NCBI GenBank assembly: GCA_963678445.1
Contig: OY782877.1
Coordinates: 566,528 to 630,527, forward strand
DNA from: Candidatus Hydrogenedentota bacterium
GTDB lineage: Bacteria > Hydrogenedentota > Hydrogenedentia > Hydrogenedentales > G963678445
Reading direction: 5' to 3'
Length of the DNA stretch: 64,000 nucleotides
A model generated the notes under the pieces. It had not been told where the DNA came from, did not search any database, and saw nothing but the letters and a program-made list of their open reading frames with translations. The translations under genes and the position numbers were made by a program. The number at the start of each line of letters is the position of its first letter. Positions within the stretch are counted from its first letter, which is position 1. Positions 47,838 through 55,483 of this stretch are shown here, one piece after another.

Positions 47838-49715
47838 CTATGTTAATTTAAACAACAACCGCATGACGGCACGGTAGAAAAAAACGATGCATACAATTTC
47901 TAAGAGAAGACGCACGAGCCACCTGAAAGTACCCAAAGCAGAAGACCAAGGCTTATCATCGGGCATCAAATTAACGTCAAAGGTGTAATCGTCGGGGTGC
48001 CCAATAGAAACGCCCATTACCTCGGTAGGCAATGTAATTTGAAAGGTTAGGTTTTCCTCACCGTCTGGCATCAGACGATTTATATAGGATTCAGCAGAAA
48101 GCGCCGACAAAACCCCTTCAACATCGTCACCAGCGTCAATAAAAACGGTCCCGCCACCTTCACCTTCGTTGGTTACCGGTCCCTCTCCTCCACTCAAAAT
48201 ACCACCGAGACTTTCCTCAAATTCGTCTTGACTCATACCACCACCTAAACCATCACCGACAACATTTTCTAAAGCTCGCCCGAAAGCGGTTTCCATCGAA
48301 CCAATGTTATTACGAATTCCCTCAGAAACCTCCTTGTCAATATCCTTATTCGCCTCCCAAACCCCAGCGGCAATAGCGTCTGCTAGGCTCCCTTTCGTAT
48401 TTTGCAGGGCAGATTGAACGGAATTAGCTATATCTTGCGGTGTTAAGGTTGTAGGGTCGGGGTCATTCGGCTGCGGGTCGTTATCAACTTCATCTCCGGG
48501 GCTCGGTGTATATTCCGGCGGCGTTTCGTCTTCCGGTTCTGGGTCGTCGTCGTACTGGCCTGCACCGGGGTTATAGCTTGGCGATGGTGCCCAATTAGGA
48601 ACACGCACGTCATTAGATATATGGCTGCCGCTTGGAGGATGTGAGTAGCTATTGTGTGGGTTACTTCCGTATTCTGCTTCCGCCGCATCCGGCCAACTAT
48701 CGCCGTCTGAATCCATTGGCGTACTGCTGGCGTTGTTCGGGTCGGCGCCGTAGTAATCTTCCAAACCATTAGGAACGCCGTCCATATCAGAATCCCCCCA
48801 TGCGGATTCGTAGTCTGGGTACGAATTCTGGCTTATTCCGTTACTACCACACGGATGACTGTCCGGATTTGCAACCCCCGTACCCGCCCACAGTTCAAAC
48901 GGGTCTGAGTAGCCATCCCCGTCAGAGTCAATAAGCGTGTTATCCGGTTTCGTTGGGTCCGAACCGAAAGAGAGTTCATCCTGATTAGGCACCCCATCCC
49001 CATCAGCATCAGAGTCAGAACCGTTAGCAATTCCGTCCCCGTCAATGTCGCCATCAGGGTCCATTCCCATAAAATTACTTAAAGCTTCCGGGTCTACGAA
49101 ATATGCGCCCTGCTCAGGGAATAGGTCATTTTGGTCCGGCGTGCCGTCACCATCCGTGTCCGTAGGCGTATCGTTAGGGTCGTCCGGGTCGGTACCGCAA
49201 CTGCCCTCCTGATAATCAGATATACCGTCCCCGTCGGAATCCGTATTATAATCGTCTTGCTCTGCCTCCGGCTGTATATTTTCATCAAAAGGATCACCAT
49301 CATCCTGATTCATTTCCCATCCATCCGGCACCCCATCACCATCAATATCACCATCCCCCAAATCACGCCAACCCAGTCCCGCCCCTCCCAGCGCATCCCC
49401 CAGACCCTCGCGTGTCGTTATAACCGTTAGCACAACACCCGAATCCGGCACCTCTAGACCTCCTGAACAAACCCCGTCCTCATCGTTGCTATTATGCGAG
49501 CGGCTTACCGGAGTGACCGTGATATACCGCTGTGTAGTCCCATGGTAAAAAGCACGCACCAGAACCTTAACTCCATCGCCATAGCAAGCCGTACATTCCC
49601 CGATAAGCGTCATACTCGTATAACCACGGCTAGAGAGATAGCTGAGAAGCGATGGAACCGCCCACAAGTCACGCGTCAAAAGGCAGAGAGCCAGTACTAA
49701 AAAAAGTCGTTTCAT
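47838..49715 (-). CDS. pIII-like adsorption/minor coat protein with TSP3-type Ca-binding repeats
   Basis: Signal peptide (MKRLFLVLALCLLTRDLWA), many D.DGDG..D/N..E...G.DP repeats, a Gly-rich linker, and a C-terminal membrane anchor (..LLLEIVCIVFFYRAVMRLLFKLT). Follows the coat-protein genes. Confidence 0.55.
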   Translation of the reverse strand: MKRLFLVLALCLLTRDLWAVPSLLSYLSSRGYTSMTLIGECTACYGDGVKVLVRAFYHGTTQRYITVTPVSRSHNSNDEDGVCSGGLEVPDSGVVLTVITTREGLGDALGGAGLGWRDLGDGDIDGDGVPDGWEMNQDDGDPFDENIQPEAEQDDYNTDSDGDGISDYQEGSCGTDPDDPNDTPTDTDGDGTPDQNDLFPEQGAYFVDPEALSNFMGMDPDGDIDGDGIANGSDSDADGDGVPNQDELSFGSDPTKPDNTLIDSDGDGYSDPFELWAGTGVANPDSHPCGSNGISQNSYPDYESAWGDSDMDGVPNGLEDYYGADPNNASSTPMDSDGDSWPDAAEAEYGSNPHNSYSHPPSGSHISNDVRVPNWAPSPSYNPGAGQYDDDPEPEDETPPEYTPSPGDEVDNDPQPNDPDPTTLTPQDIANSVQSALQNTKGSLADAIAAGVWEANKDIDKEVSEGIRNNIGSMETAFGRALENVVGDGLGGGMSQDEFEESLGGILSGGEGPVTNEGEGGGTVFIDAGDDVEGVLSALSAESYINRLMPDGEENLTFQITLPTEVMGVSIGHPDDYTFDVNLMPDDKPWSSALGTFRWLVRLLLEIVCIVFFYRAVMRLLFKLT

Positions 49716-49864
49716 TAAAAATGACGCTCCCTCATTAAATTACGAATCATTCCCCAGAACTGCCCCGCAGCAATAAAACCTAAGCCACACACAACCGCCG
49801 TTTGAAGTTTTATGACCATATCCAGCTTTTCCGATATTGCAGTCAGCAACGCTATCTCCGTCAT
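49715..49864 (-). CDS. 49-aa hydrophobic protein (pVII/pIX-like position), not in the ORF track
   Basis: Hand translation: MTEIALLTAISEKLDMVIKLQTAVVCGLGFIAAGQFWGMIRNLMRERHF*. Its TAA shares an A with the pIII-like ATG (TAATG coupling). Confidence 0.4.
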   Translation of the reverse strand: MTEIALLTAISEKLDMVIKLQTAVVCGLGFIAAGQFWGMIRNLMRERHF

Positions 49865-49875
49865 TCTTGCACCTC

Positions 49876-49912
49876 ACAAAAAAGTAGAGGGGGAACGGTT
49901 TCCCGTCCCCCC
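49876..49912 (-). terminator. GC-rich hairpin plus T-run just after the major-coat gene
   Basis: Minus strand: GGGGGGACGG-GAAA-CCGTTCCCCC, then TCTAC-TTTTTT. The T-run is offset by 5 nt, so this is only moderately canonical. Confidence 0.45.
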
Positions 49913-49920
49913 GGCTGGAA

Positions 49921-50220
49921 TTACACACCGGCTGCTTTTTTCAACCAACGGCATCCAATCCAGACCAAACTGAATGCGGTATACCCGCCAACCGCTACAG
50001 CTACAATGCCGCCCAGACTGGCAATACCGGCCGCGATGTAATCACCCATCGTTACACCTTCGCCCAGCGGCTGAGGAAGCGTAACCGTCGACTGAGCGTA
50101 CACCTGTTGAGCCCCGAACACCGCAGCCGCACAGACCGCCAGAGCAGCAACCTTACAACGACCTACAACGTCGACAGCCTTCTGATTCAGACTTTTCATT
50201 CCATCCCAAATTTTCAACAT
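49921..50220 (-). CDS. major coat protein (pVIII-like) precursor
   Basis: Leader ending ..AAAVFGAQQVYA/QS. The short mature part has a hydrophobic core (IAAGIASLGGIVAVAVGGYTAFSLVWIG) and a basic tail (CRWLKKAAGV). AAGGAGAAG RBS upstream. Confidence 0.65.
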   Translation of the reverse strand: MLKIWDGMKSLNQKAVDVVGRCKVAALAVCAAAVFGAQQVYAQSTVTLPQPLGEGVTMGDYIAAGIASLGGIVAVAVGGYTAFSLVWIGCRWLKKAAGV

Positions 50221-50280
50221 GATTTCTTCTCCTTACATTGTTTGTTTACACTGACCTACACAAAAATTCGTTCTGATGTT

Positions 50281-50466
50281 TTAGCGCTTGAGATCTCCAC
50301 CCCAGAACGAAAAAAGACCATAACCAAAGAAAATCTTTAGTACATAAAACATGCAGATATGGAAGACCAAAGCCAACCAAAAATAGTGAAAGAAAAAACC
50401 CCAGGGACTAACGAATTCCATATCTACAAAAACCTTCCTAATTATTCTTCTCAGGCAAATGAACAT
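50281..50466 (-). CDS. small hydrophobic protein (46-61 aa) in the prophage
   Basis: The ORF overlaps the upstream gene end and is very hydrophobic (..WGFFFHYFWLALVFHICMFYVLKIFFGYGLF..). Existence uncertain. Confidence 0.3.
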   Translation of the reverse strand: MFICLRRIIRKVFVDMEFVSPWGFFFHYFWLALVFHICMFYVLKIFFGYGLFSFWGGDLKR

Positions 50467-50764
50467 GAACAGGAAAGCTCCGACAGCCCAAAAAAGCCGC
50501 TAAAGCCTCCAAATCCCTACTCGTAATCGACATCTGAGAACCGCAGCAGCGAACTTTATCTAATTCGTCAGAATCGAAATTCCGCTTTCCTTCGTAGACC
50601 TCCAAATATTCGGGTTTATACAAACAAAACGAAAGTCCGTTTAAAGCGCGCAGCTCATAAAGTGAAAGGCTTGATTGCTGTTCAAAATCCAACGACCGGA
50701 AACGGTCCAAGATTTCAGCGCCAACGAGATAAGGAACTTCGTATTCGTAAAAAGGCTTATCCAT
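50438..50764 (-). CDS. prophage hypothetical protein, 108 aa
   Basis: Intact ORF in the operon. No recognisable family. Confidence 0.45.
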   Translation of the reverse strand: MDKPFYEYEVPYLVGAEILDRFRSLDFEQQSSLSLYELRALNGLSFCLYKPEYLEVYEGKRNFDSDELDKVRCCGSQMSITSRDLEALAAFLGCRSFPVHVHLPEKNN

Positions 50765-50775
50765 TGGAATCCCCT

Positions 50776-51105
50776 TTACGCGTTAGCTGCTTTTTTGGAG
50801 GTGGGAGGAAGAGAGACGACCTTCCCAAAATCGACCGCCCCAAGGAATTTTGCAGAAGCAAGCCCCAGCTCCATACGGCCACGGTTGTTTTGCATAGGCC
50901 GCATCTCGAATTCATAGAGACCTGGCACCTGCGGAAGAGAGACATCCGCCGGTTTCCCCGTTTTGAAAGTCTTCAAGCCCGTGTACTTGTCGGAATCCTC
51001 CTTGTACTCCAAATCAAGGTACTCCAACACAGCCCCACTACGGACAACCCCTGTTTTTTCGTCCACCATTTCCCATGGTTTCAATCCAAATACTAAAACC
51101 TTCAT
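50776..51105 (-). CDS. candidate ssDNA-binding protein (pV-like), 109 aa
   Basis: Starts at MKVLVFGLKP.. with GGGAGA upstream. Beta-rich small protein, first gene of the structural operon. Assigned by position and size only. Confidence 0.3.
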   Translation of the reverse strand: MKVLVFGLKPWEMVDEKTGVVRSGAVLEYLDLEYKEDSDKYTGLKTFKTGKPADVSLPQVPGLYEFEMRPMQNNRGRMELGLASAKFLGAVDFGKVVSLPPTSKKAANA

Positions 51106-51563
51106 AGTCCATTTCTCCCTGTGGCCTTCCCGGCCGGTTTTTGCCGAGCAGATACAAAAAAAGCCCGGCAGTTTCGTTGTAGGAAACCGCCGAGCTTGGG
51201 CGTTTAAAAAATGGACCTCACCCCCCAATGTAAGTACATCGCGAATTCGAAACTTTCTACTAAAAACGGTTTATTTTTTTCGAAATCTTTTGATATACTT
51301 CGAGCGGGGGGCACCGAGGCAGTCGGTCAGACTTACTTAGCGGTGTTCCTCAGGCCTCGCGAAGCTGCAACTTCGTGGGGCCACTTTTTTTTTCAACTAT
51401 GAAATTAAACGTATCAGAAAAAATTTTCTATGTCAAGTACTTTTTGCTACTTTTTAAAAAATTTGCTGCGTCTTAATGAATTTTGCTTCATAAGTCACAT
51501 AAATGATATCTTTTAGCCCGCATGTATTACAGCAAACGAATGGCAAACAGTAAGGAGGTAGCC

Positions 51564-52256
51564 ATGTGGAAATGCCCCCAATGCGGCGTAGAAAACTGGG
51601 ATAATGCTAACGTATGCACCCGCTGTCGAAAATTCCGCTCTGAGCTTTTCCGGGAAAAGAAAGAGCAAGAAGAAAATGTAAAACAGGTGCAGGAAGAAAA
51701 ACAAAGGCAGGACAACAAAAGCTTGACCTTGGACCCTCCCTTCACAACAAAACTAAAAATAGCTTTCGGATGGTCAATGGCCTTTACCCCATTTGTTATT
51801 CTTTTTTCTTTCATACTTGCTATTATTCTTATTTTCTGTGTTGACCGATATTTCTACTTTTCGTTGAAAGCCATAGTCGACAAATTAGAATCAGAAATCA
51901 CAGGGCTTTCAAAAGGGCTTTCAAAAGTCGACAAGCATCCATTTACAGGATTCATCAACCCCACTAAAAATACCTCTGCTCCTGTCAGGAAAAGGCCTAG
52001 CGCAATTGAAAAAAAACATCAAATAGTTAACAAACAACCCAACCCCGCCGAGGAAGCCCGTGGGATTATCAACGAAGCCTCTGTCCCTGTCAGGGGAAGG
52101 CCTAAAGCAATCGAAAAAAAACATCGAACCGTCAACACGAGACCTAACCCCGCCGAGGAAGCCCGCAAAATTGTCAAGGAAGCCCTTGAGCCTGCCGAGG
52201 AAGCCCGTAGATTTATTCGAGAAACCCAAGAATCTTTTGGAAAGCTTGATTATTGA
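51564..52256 (+). CDS. zinc-ribbon membrane protein with duplicated basic R(K/G)RP..IEKKH motifs (candidate prophage regulator)
   Basis: AAGGAGG 5 nt upstream of the ATG at 51564. MWKCPQCGVENWDNANVCTRCR zinc ribbon, one TM helix, and a tandem ~31-aa repeat (..VRKRPSAIEKKHQIVNKQPNPAEEAR.. / ..VRGRPKAIEKKHRTVNTRPNPAEEAR..). Confidence 0.5.
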   Translation: MWKCPQCGVENWDNANVCTRCRKFRSELFREKKEQEENVKQVQEEKQRQDNKSLTLDPPFTTKLKIAFGWSMAFTPFVILFSFILAIILIFCVDRYFYFSLKAIVDKLESEITGLSKGLSKVDKHPFTGFINPTKNTSAPVRKRPSAIEKKHQIVNKQPNPAEEARGIINEASVPVRGRPKAIEKKHRTVNTRPNPAEEARKIVKEALEPAEEARRFIRETQESFGKLDY

Positions 52257-52284
52257 CATCAAAAACATATTACGTTACGCGCTT

Positions 52285-53373
52285 TCAGAATCGGTCAATG
52301 TCTGCATCATAGTCCTGCAATCCTGCGTAATGCTTAGCCGTCACATTTACGCTGGAATGTCCCATCCATTTTGAAATCTTGTATAGACTCGTTCCGCTAA
52401 TGGCATGCTGACTGCCGAAGGTATGCCGTAGAATCTGAAAATTCACCCCTTCTACCTCGGCTTTTTCTGCTACCGTTTTTAAAGCTTTCTTGGGTTCATA
52501 GCGATAAAGTGCGCGCCCCGTTGACGGGCGATTACTCGTAAAAAGGAAGCCTTGTTTTTTTCGATGGAGATACAGGGTAGTGTGTAGGCGTGTACTCAAA
52601 GGGACGGTACGTTCTTCATTGTCTTTCAGTTCAAAACCTTCGTGCCGCTGAATACGTATAAGCTTCTTTTCAAAATCGAACCATTCCCAACGTGCATTAA
52701 CCATTTCATTTTTTCGCATACCTGCATAGATGCCCAGCATCAGCAACCAGTACAAGGCCTGTGAATAGTCGTTCGCAACAGTTAGTAGGCGTTCTATTTC
52801 CTCCACTTTTAAAAACGTGGGCTGTGTTTTGGGGATTTTGTAGCGTTCGACACCGATAAAAGGGTTTTCACCATCAAAAAGCTTTAGTTTTATAGCATGG
52901 TTGAATATGGCCTGTAGGTGCCGTAGGGCATCGTTGATAGATTCGTCTTTCAGTGGCCGGCCACGCATGCCTTTTCGTTTCAGGCGCTGCTTGAAACGTT
53001 CAACATGCTGACGCTTGATGTCTTTGAGTCGTCGAGCCCCAGTGAAATCACGTAGCTGTTGCCAGAAATTCCGTTCTATCTCCAGGGTCTTAGGTCGTTT
53101 ATGGTCCTCAGCCCATCGAAAATAGGTCTGTTCAAAATCATCAAGGCGTGGGTTTAGGTTTGTCTTAAAAAAACGGTCCGCATTCTCGTGATACTCGGCA
53201 ATCCGTTTCTGACGGAGAAGTAGCGCTTCCCGCTTCGATTCCACCTTGAGCGATTCCCAGCGGGTTTCTCCATCAAGCTGGTACTTCCAATGCCAGTACC
53301 GCCCTTGCTTAATCAATGTTCCGTTTGTGATAGCCATAAACGAAATTGTTGTGTTTTTGTTGGAAAAAATCAA
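52285..53373 (-). CDS. int: tyrosine-type site-specific integrase
   Basis: ..LGIYAGMRKNE.. (Arg), ..ILRHTFGS.. (H-x-x-R), ..WMGHSSVNVTAKHY (His and catalytic Tyr). Adjacent to tRNA-Val. The start may be the internal ATG at 53337. Confidence 0.88.
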   Translation of the reverse strand: MIFSNKNTTISFMAITNGTLIKQGRYWHWKYQLDGETRWESLKVESKREALLLRQKRIAEYHENADRFFKTNLNPRLDDFEQTYFRWAEDHKRPKTLEIERNFWQQLRDFTGARRLKDIKRQHVERFKQRLKRKGMRGRPLKDESINDALRHLQAIFNHAIKLKLFDGENPFIGVERYKIPKTQPTFLKVEEIERLLTVANDYSQALYWLLMLGIYAGMRKNEMVNARWEWFDFEKKLIRIQRHEGFELKDNEERTVPLSTRLHTTLYLHRKKQGFLFTSNRPSTGRALYRYEPKKALKTVAEKAEVEGVNFQILRHTFGSQHAISGTSLYKISKWMGHSSVNVTAKHYAGLQDYDADIDRF

Positions 53374-53376
53374 GTC

Positions 53377-53419
53377 AAAAAAAATAGCCCAATGACCTAT
53401 TTTTGTAAGTCATTGAGCT
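53377..53419 (-). terminator. terminator hairpin downstream of the reconstituted tRNA-Val (phage-borne homolog of 40216..40259)
   Basis: Minus strand: AGCTCAATGACT-(9 nt)-AGGTCATTGGGCT followed by ATTTTTTTT. Confidence 0.55.
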
Positions 53420-53431
53420 TTAAGTACTTAA

Positions 53432-53508
53432 TGGTGGGCGGTACTGGACTCGAACCAGTGACCCCCTGCGTGTAAGGCAGGTGCTCTAACCAACTGAGCT
53501 AACCGCCC
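53432..53508 (-). tRNA. tRNA-Val (anticodon TAC), CCA encoded; contains attR
   Basis: The reverse complement GGGCGGTTAGCTCAGTTGGTTAGAGCACCTGCCTTACACGCAGGGGGTCACTGGTTCGAGTCCAGTACCGCCCACCA folds as a cloverleaf with anticodon loop CTTACAC. Confidence 0.9.
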
Positions 53509-53799
53509 CTGTTATCAGGGGGATGGCTATAGAACGTAAAACCAACGTCGTTGCCATCGGGAGGGGAGTGTAGCAGGTTTTAAGGGAGTGTTGCAACTCT
53601 AAAATTTGATATCTTTTTTCGTAATCTGTCGATGTGCGCCTTATACCGCCACAAAGCACTTTTTCGAAGGCAGTTTCTCCGTTTCAAAACGCGCATTTTC
53701 TCCGTAAAAAAGGCTGCATCGTTTTCACAGGAACGAGACAGAAATACAAGCAGGCACAGAATAACGCCATCCCACTACTCCCGGCATTATTCCAAAAAT

Positions 53800-54666
53800 T
53801 TAGGATTCAAGCATATTTTCAAGATATACCCGGTAATCACAGTCGGGAAGCGCTTGAATGGTACGCAATAATTCTTCGCGTGAAATAAACCCACGGCGGT
53901 AGGCCACTTCCTCGGGACAACAAATCTTCATACCCTGACGCGATTCAATAATCTGCACAAATGCACTGGCATTATGGAGACTGGCTGGCGTACCCGTATC
54001 AAGCCAGGCGATCCCGCGTCCCATCTGCGAGACCTGTAGCCGACCTTGCCGAAGGTATTCCATATTCACATCCGTAATCTCCAGCTCGCCACGTGGCGAA
54101 GGTGTGAGGCGCTCGCTTATCTCGACAACGTCACGATCGTATAAATACAATCCCGGAACGGCAAAATCAGATTTGGGATGCTTCGGTTTTTCTTCGATGT
54201 TCAACGCTTTATTATTTTCGTCGAATTCAACAAGACCGTAACGCTCCGGATCCTGCACACGATACGCAAATACCAATCCCCCACTCTCAAACTCCGCAAA
54301 AATCCTGGGCAATCCGAATTGCCCATAAAAAATATTGTCGCCCAGGATCAATGCGACATTTTGCCCATCGATAAAATCACGCGCAATTAAAAACGCCTGC
54401 GCTATCCCCTTCGGTTCAGGTTGCACACGATACGTCAGTTCGATCCCCCATTGATGCCCATCGCCCAACAAAGCCTGAAACCGGTCCATGTCCTGTGGCG
54501 TTGTAATAACGCATATCTTACGCACCCCCCCCAACATCAGGGTAGAGAGCGGATAATAAATCATCGGTTTATCATAGATCGGTTGCAATTGTTTACTGCT
54601 GGCACAGGTCAACGGATACAATCTCGAGCCTGCCCCCCCAGCCAGAATAATCCCTTTCTCAATCAT
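53800..54666 (-). CDS. rfbA: glucose-1-phosphate thymidylyltransferase
   Basis: MIEKGIILAGGAGSRLYPLT.., ..YDKPMIYYPLS.. and ..LGDNIFYG.. are typical RmlA motifs. The ORF-track N-terminal extension to 54774 reads into a repeat and is rejected. Confidence 0.92.
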   Translation of the reverse strand: MIEKGIILAGGAGSRLYPLTCASSKQLQPIYDKPMIYYPLSTLMLGGVRKICVITTPQDMDRFQALLGDGHQWGIELTYRVQPEPKGIAQAFLIARDFIDGQNVALILGDNIFYGQFGLPRIFAEFESGGLVFAYRVQDPERYGLVEFDENNKALNIEEKPKHPKSDFAVPGLYLYDRDVVEISERLTPSPRGELEITDVNMEYLRQGRLQVSQMGRGIAWLDTGTPASLHNASAFVQIIESRQGMKICCPEEVAYRRGFISREELLRTIQALPDCDYRVYLENMLES

Positions 54667-54691
54667 AACCTTTACCCATCCATGTTTAAGC

Positions 54692-54815
54692 CCCAAAGCG
54701 GTCCAGCGACCGCAAGCGTTAGGTATGGTCCTTACCATCCCTAACCACAGCAAAAATTTCGTTTTTTGTGACATCTTTTCACAGTTAAATCACTAAAGCA
54801 GTTCAGCGACCCAGA
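54692..54815 (+). repeat. Family-A structured repeat, one full copy plus the start of a degenerate second copy
   Basis: ccaaagcggtccagcgaccgcaagcgttaggtatggtccttaccatccctaaccacagcaaaaatttcgtttttt..., then cactaaagcagttcagcgaccc. Confidence 0.75.
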
Positions 54816-55140
54816 CAACAAATTTCAATCCTTAAGGCACACAGTAAACTTCACCTCAGATAACCGCTTTATAAAATCACTGCCCACAGCAAAACGACTA
54901 CTCCGTCCAGCCACCACATCCACCATCTTCCTCAAACATCATAGTACAGAATTTTCCTATAGACTCACTATCCCCATAAATTACAGTAACATCTTCTCCT
55001 ACATGTATCTTCACCATCAAGCTATCACTTTGTCAAGGTAACAGATTGAACGACACAAAACTTCCATGTACCGCATTTACAGACCATACTCCGCATTCCC
55101 TAAAGACGTCACAACAACCTCCTGTATAAGTAATAACTGC

Positions 55141-55169
55141 TTGACAGTTATCGAATAGTAAATTACAAT
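55141..55169 (+). promoter_or_regulatory. near-consensus sigma70 promoter TTGACA-N17-TACAAT
   Basis: TTGACA at 55141-55146, a 17-nt spacer, and TACAAT at 55164-55169. It sits in an AT-rich tract ~315 nt upstream of the 55484 CDS. Confidence 0.45.
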
Positions 55170-55483
55170 GCTGTATAAGCTTAGAAATAATCATGAAAAA
55201 TATCAAAATATAGCTCAATACTTTAAATTTAATTATTAAGCGTTTAGGGTGGGTATGTAGATATCACCGGACCAGGATTCCAGAATCCAGATTTCGGATA
55301 GACATACAAACACCAACGCAAGATAAAATGCTATTCGCTTCAACATCTCCTCGCTAAAATTAAAGGTTGATTTAAAAGAGAATTTGGTTGTATAGTGAGT
55401 ATAAGGAGTGACAGGCTGGATAGATTCCAGTTTGATCTTGAGGTTTAATACATAGTTTTTAGGGAAAGAGAGGATAAATAAGC

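Larger units (their letters stand above)
40272..53476. mobile_element. integrated filamentous (Inoviridae-like) prophage, ~13.2 kb, in tRNA-Val
   Basis: 48-bp direct repeats. Tyrosine integrase next to the intact tRNA. Minus-strand order pV-like, small ORFs, major coat, small ORF, pIII-like, pVI-like, pI/Zot-like, pIV secretin, intergenic inverted repeat, Rep_trans-like initiator. Confidence 0.8.

Noticed and set aside
49740-49928. 62-aa ORF from the track, lying between the coat and pIII-like genes.
   Set aside because: It is Cys/Gly-rich, not hydrophobic, and overlaps the coat-gene stop. The 49-aa ORF in another frame (49715-49864) is hydrophobic and start/stop-coupled to the pIII-like gene, so it is the better candidate.
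54667-54774. N-terminal 36-aa extension of rfbA in the ORF track.
   Set aside because: The extension is a translation of the Family-A repeat. The canonical RmlA N-terminus MIEKGIILAGGAGSRL starts at 54666.
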